Notes under the pieces: model-generated | Databases searched by the model: none | Seen by the model: only the letters and a program-made list of their open reading frames with translations | Told to the model about the DNA's origin: nothing | Shown: positions 60,561-64,000 of the stretch, piece by piece | How the letters are laid out: each line of letters opens with the position of its first letter | Position numbering within the stretch: the stretch's first letter is position 1 | Assembly: GCA_051362555.1 (NCBI GenBank) | Contig: CM120648.1 | Location: 6,382,587 to 6,446,586 of the forward strand | Source of the DNA: Lingula anatina | Lineage: Eukaryota; Animalia; Brachiopoda | DNA length: 64,000 bases | Direction: 5' to 3' | Position numbers and translations under genes: made by a program

Positions 60561-63500
60561 AAAAGGTATGGTGTTGAGGGCGAGGTGATAAACATATCTT
60601 TGAAGTAATAATTGTGGGAGGTGGGGGAGGTCAACTTCCAAAATCGGGCCTAGTACTAGCATCTAGTACTAGTCATGCAGTAAGGTGATGTTACTAGCAT
60701 ATAGCAACAAAACTGTCTTGGTGATAATGATAACAGAAGAACAGGGTCAGCTGAGGTGATGGGACGGGGACATAATTCCCATAGGAAAACAATCAGACAT
60801 GTATAATAACACGTCAGGATGTGCAGTGATCACATTCCATTGTAATGATACCTGGGAGCAGTGATGTTAGAACATTGTGGAACATGTGTAATATGGGGCA
60901 CAGAGGAGTTGACATGTACTTAAAAGACACATACGGAATCAAAGGAGCATATGCACACCTGAAAATGATTTAATAAACCAATATACATGCAGATTAATGA
61001 GCATGAACATAAAAATACTTGCAAAAACATTTATTTGTTCATTCTCTCTCTTTCTCTCTCACTACCAATCACATGTACCCATGTTCTCATATATGCGCAC
61101 AATTCATCACATCATAACACATGCATATGTATAACACACCCTCGCCCTTTACATGTACCCAGTTGTTAGTAGCCACGCCTTTTTTTTACCTTATAATAAA
61201 AGAGAAAGAGGACCTATAAGACCCATGTCAGAATGGCACTAACCCACTTAAAACATTCTTCACTCGTTGTCTGGGTGTATTTTCACTCATATTATTATCA
61301 TAGCAGACATTACAGGCAGCTAAGTGATTGTTTGCCTATGGAGTTCTCATGATTATTTAATGATTTTTATAGAAGGGTAATTGGGTTCTTTTAACTGCTG
61401 TAAGTGCTAGTGGCTGTGTTGGAGAGGGTGTCATACTAGGTGAACTTACCCCCCTTTTGCCTTCCTCCCCCCCCCCCCCCTCAAAGATTTTTTTTAGCTT
61501 TTTTCTATTTTTTAACTTCTTCTTTTCTTCATCTCATGTATTGAATTATAGCTTAATTTATAAAACTTAAGTTAGATTAAAAGGTGATATTTCTTCATCA
61601 TGTGCAAGGAATTTTTTATTGAAGGGGGGTTGGGTCACTTAAATATTCTTGAAAATTGAACAAAAAGTCAAAACATGCTTATTATTTTAAGCGTTTATTG
61701 ATGTATTCAGTAGTTTAATAGTGACACGACATTTAGAACAAACATGACGCGATTAACAAGTACGAGGTCGTCGTCTGGCTGTGTGTCTGGGGGTGACGGC
61801 TCCATCATCATAATGTACCACCTCACACAGGTGAATGAGTAGCAAGGTTACCTGTTACCTACTAGTATGTAATGATGTCACGTGTGGTAAACATAGAACC
61901 GCTCTATTTAGTTCATCGATCGTCATGAGTTTGTTTTGCTCTTGATGTCAGCACTATAATTATAATAAAACAGTTACAGTTTAGGTGTTTTCCTGGGTGT
62001 TCTTATCTTACCTGACAGATGCGTGACCTCAATTATAGGTCAATGTATAATATGTATAATTAAGTGCAACTTCAGTTACAGTTAATGTAATATTATATTT
62101 CTTGCAAATTATATTAGAATGCGGGTAGTTGTTAAATTATACACATTCTATATATGGGCCAGATATGAAAAAGTTGTTACCTGCTGGTATCATTAACTGA
62201 CCATTTATCTGGAAATAAAGAGAATTTGATTTTGTCTTACAGTTTGCTTTATATAGCAGTTAAACTTGTACTTGTTTTTAACTCTGATAAAAAGAAATAA
62301 TAAAGGGCATGCAGTCAGCAATTTCAAAAAAAAAAAATTTTTTTTTTTTGAAAAGTGGACCTTTTCACCATGAAACCTCTAAATACATGTACATAGAGCC
62401 TGGATGAAATTTTGAGTCCAAGTGGATCTTTTCCTGGCCAAAAGGCTGTTTTTACCTGAACTACCTTTGAACCACCTTTGTCTGTAGACCTCAGTTTTCC
62501 AGGTTATTTGGTTCCCTCCCATTTGACGAGAGGACAACTCTGACATCACATGAACTCTTGTCTCAAACCCGAAAAAACACAGCATGTATACCTCTGTGTA
62601 TTTACTCATCACACCCCCATATTTGAGTTCAGAGATTAGATGAACCTGTCTATATAATCTGATTAGTAGGTGCCACATCTTGTAGTAGTCAGAGGTCGCT
62701 GTTGATACTGTTGTAGACCGAAGCATATTTAAAGCTGGAGGACAGGGTTGCCCTCAAGAAATTAATCAATGGTTAAATGAAATTAGTTTAAATGGAATGA
62801 ATTAAAGCAATAAGTATAAGGGCAACTAAGAAAAAGCATGGGAACTTTTTTGTGCCACTGGACAAATTCAATTAAAAAATAACACTTCCATTGTGGATGT
62901 ACGAGTACTTGACAATATAAACCTTACACACATTTATATAGATTACGGCTTCTTGAGTCGGAATCCTCAATATTCAATCCATAATTCCTGGAGAATGGCA
63001 TCCTAACCCAGAAAAATGTCAATATCTTCACAGACACTTATCAGATAATGCAAACATTGGCGGCATTGCTCGGAATTCTTCTCATGTGGGAGTCTCTCTC
63101 AGAATATGTACTATTGGAGTTAAATGAGGAATCTCATTGAAATATATTATACTGCAACATGTGGAATAAAATCCTTTTATATTTGACTCCTAATACATAA
63201 CAAGGAGTGGAATGGCATTTAATCTGAAAATAATGTCAAGACCAGGCTGACGATTCTGGCATTTAAATCCAATATTTGAGGCCAGATTACAAGACCTGGT
63301 AAGAAATTAATGGCATCTCATCCAAGAACAATATCCAATTAAGGACCAATTATTAAGCCCTTGCTGTTCTTCCATCTGCTGCTCTTTTGTGTCTCCGGAA
63401 GTCGGTGATTCTGTCTGAGAAATTAGGGGTTTGATTTTTTGGAGCATTGATGTTTTACTGGGTTTTTATAACACAGTTATTGGTAAAAGTATTCTGGGGT

Positions 63501-63894
63501 ACCGCTAGCAATTTTTTTCGCATAGCCAAATCACCACTTTTTTGTCAATTTGTTATCAAAATGGTTAAAATTTGACCAAAACAAGTCAAATCAAGCCCAT
63601 TTTCTTTAGCCAATTAAGGCCAGTTTTAGCATCTGCCTTTCTATATAGCTGTTAACTGGTTTTCTTAAGCTGGTTTTAACTGTTTGATTTTGGTCAGTGA
63701 AGTCCTTTCTGTCTAGGTTATTGGTTACATTGTTGAGAAATGTAGAAGATATGTATAAAATTTGCAAATGTATATTTGCTTTTATTTTTTGTAAAAACGT
63801 ATGGTAATGGTGCCATAAATGTTTCTGTAGAGTATGTGTCAATCAGTTGGTCTGCAACGTCAGCATAACTTGAATTCACTTGACCATCTGCTTG

Positions 63895-63906
63895 CTCTCT
63901 CTCCTT

Positions 63907-63940
<34 letters not shown>
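63895..63940. repeat. (CT)n(CA)n microsatellite
   Basis: Read directly. Confidence 0.95.
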
Positions 63941-64000
63941 GCGGATATGTGCTTGTATAACACGTGTACGTATGCACATAGAAACAGAGAAAAAAAGAGA

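Overview
This is AT-rich, intron-containing animal genomic DNA. The repeat families and gene content suggest a lophotrochozoan, probably a mollusc (inference). Two host genes are arranged divergently. (1) A CARD-domain initiator caspase (caspase-2/9-like) on the minus strand, with 5 coding exons reconstructed at 28044->21400; its catalytic His/Cys exons are not in the window. (2) A secreted, probably GPI-anchored serine beta-lactamase/peptidase-S12 family gene on the plus strand (39549-53900, 558 aa when reconstructed). Its exon 2 is split by a 2.77-kb TIR transposon, and its intron 3 holds a very young 8.1-kb non-coding LTR element made of two 3.78-kb LTRs around only 551 bp of internal sequence (tRNA-Leu PBS, PPT, ATAT TSD). 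The left 21 kb is a stack of mobile DNA: Helentron/DINE-like satellite-bearing elements, a Ngaro/DIRS tyrosine-recombinase retrotransposon, and a Gypsy fragment whose LTR carries a Tc1 that in turn carries a solo LTR. A 935-bp near-perfect foldback element (425-bp arms, 8-bp TSD) lies at 30 kb. What looks like its longer parent, carrying a decayed three-exon ORF, lies at 10-11.5 kb. The right 10 kb looks like the promoter and first intron of another gene. All coordinates were read by eye; no database searches were run.
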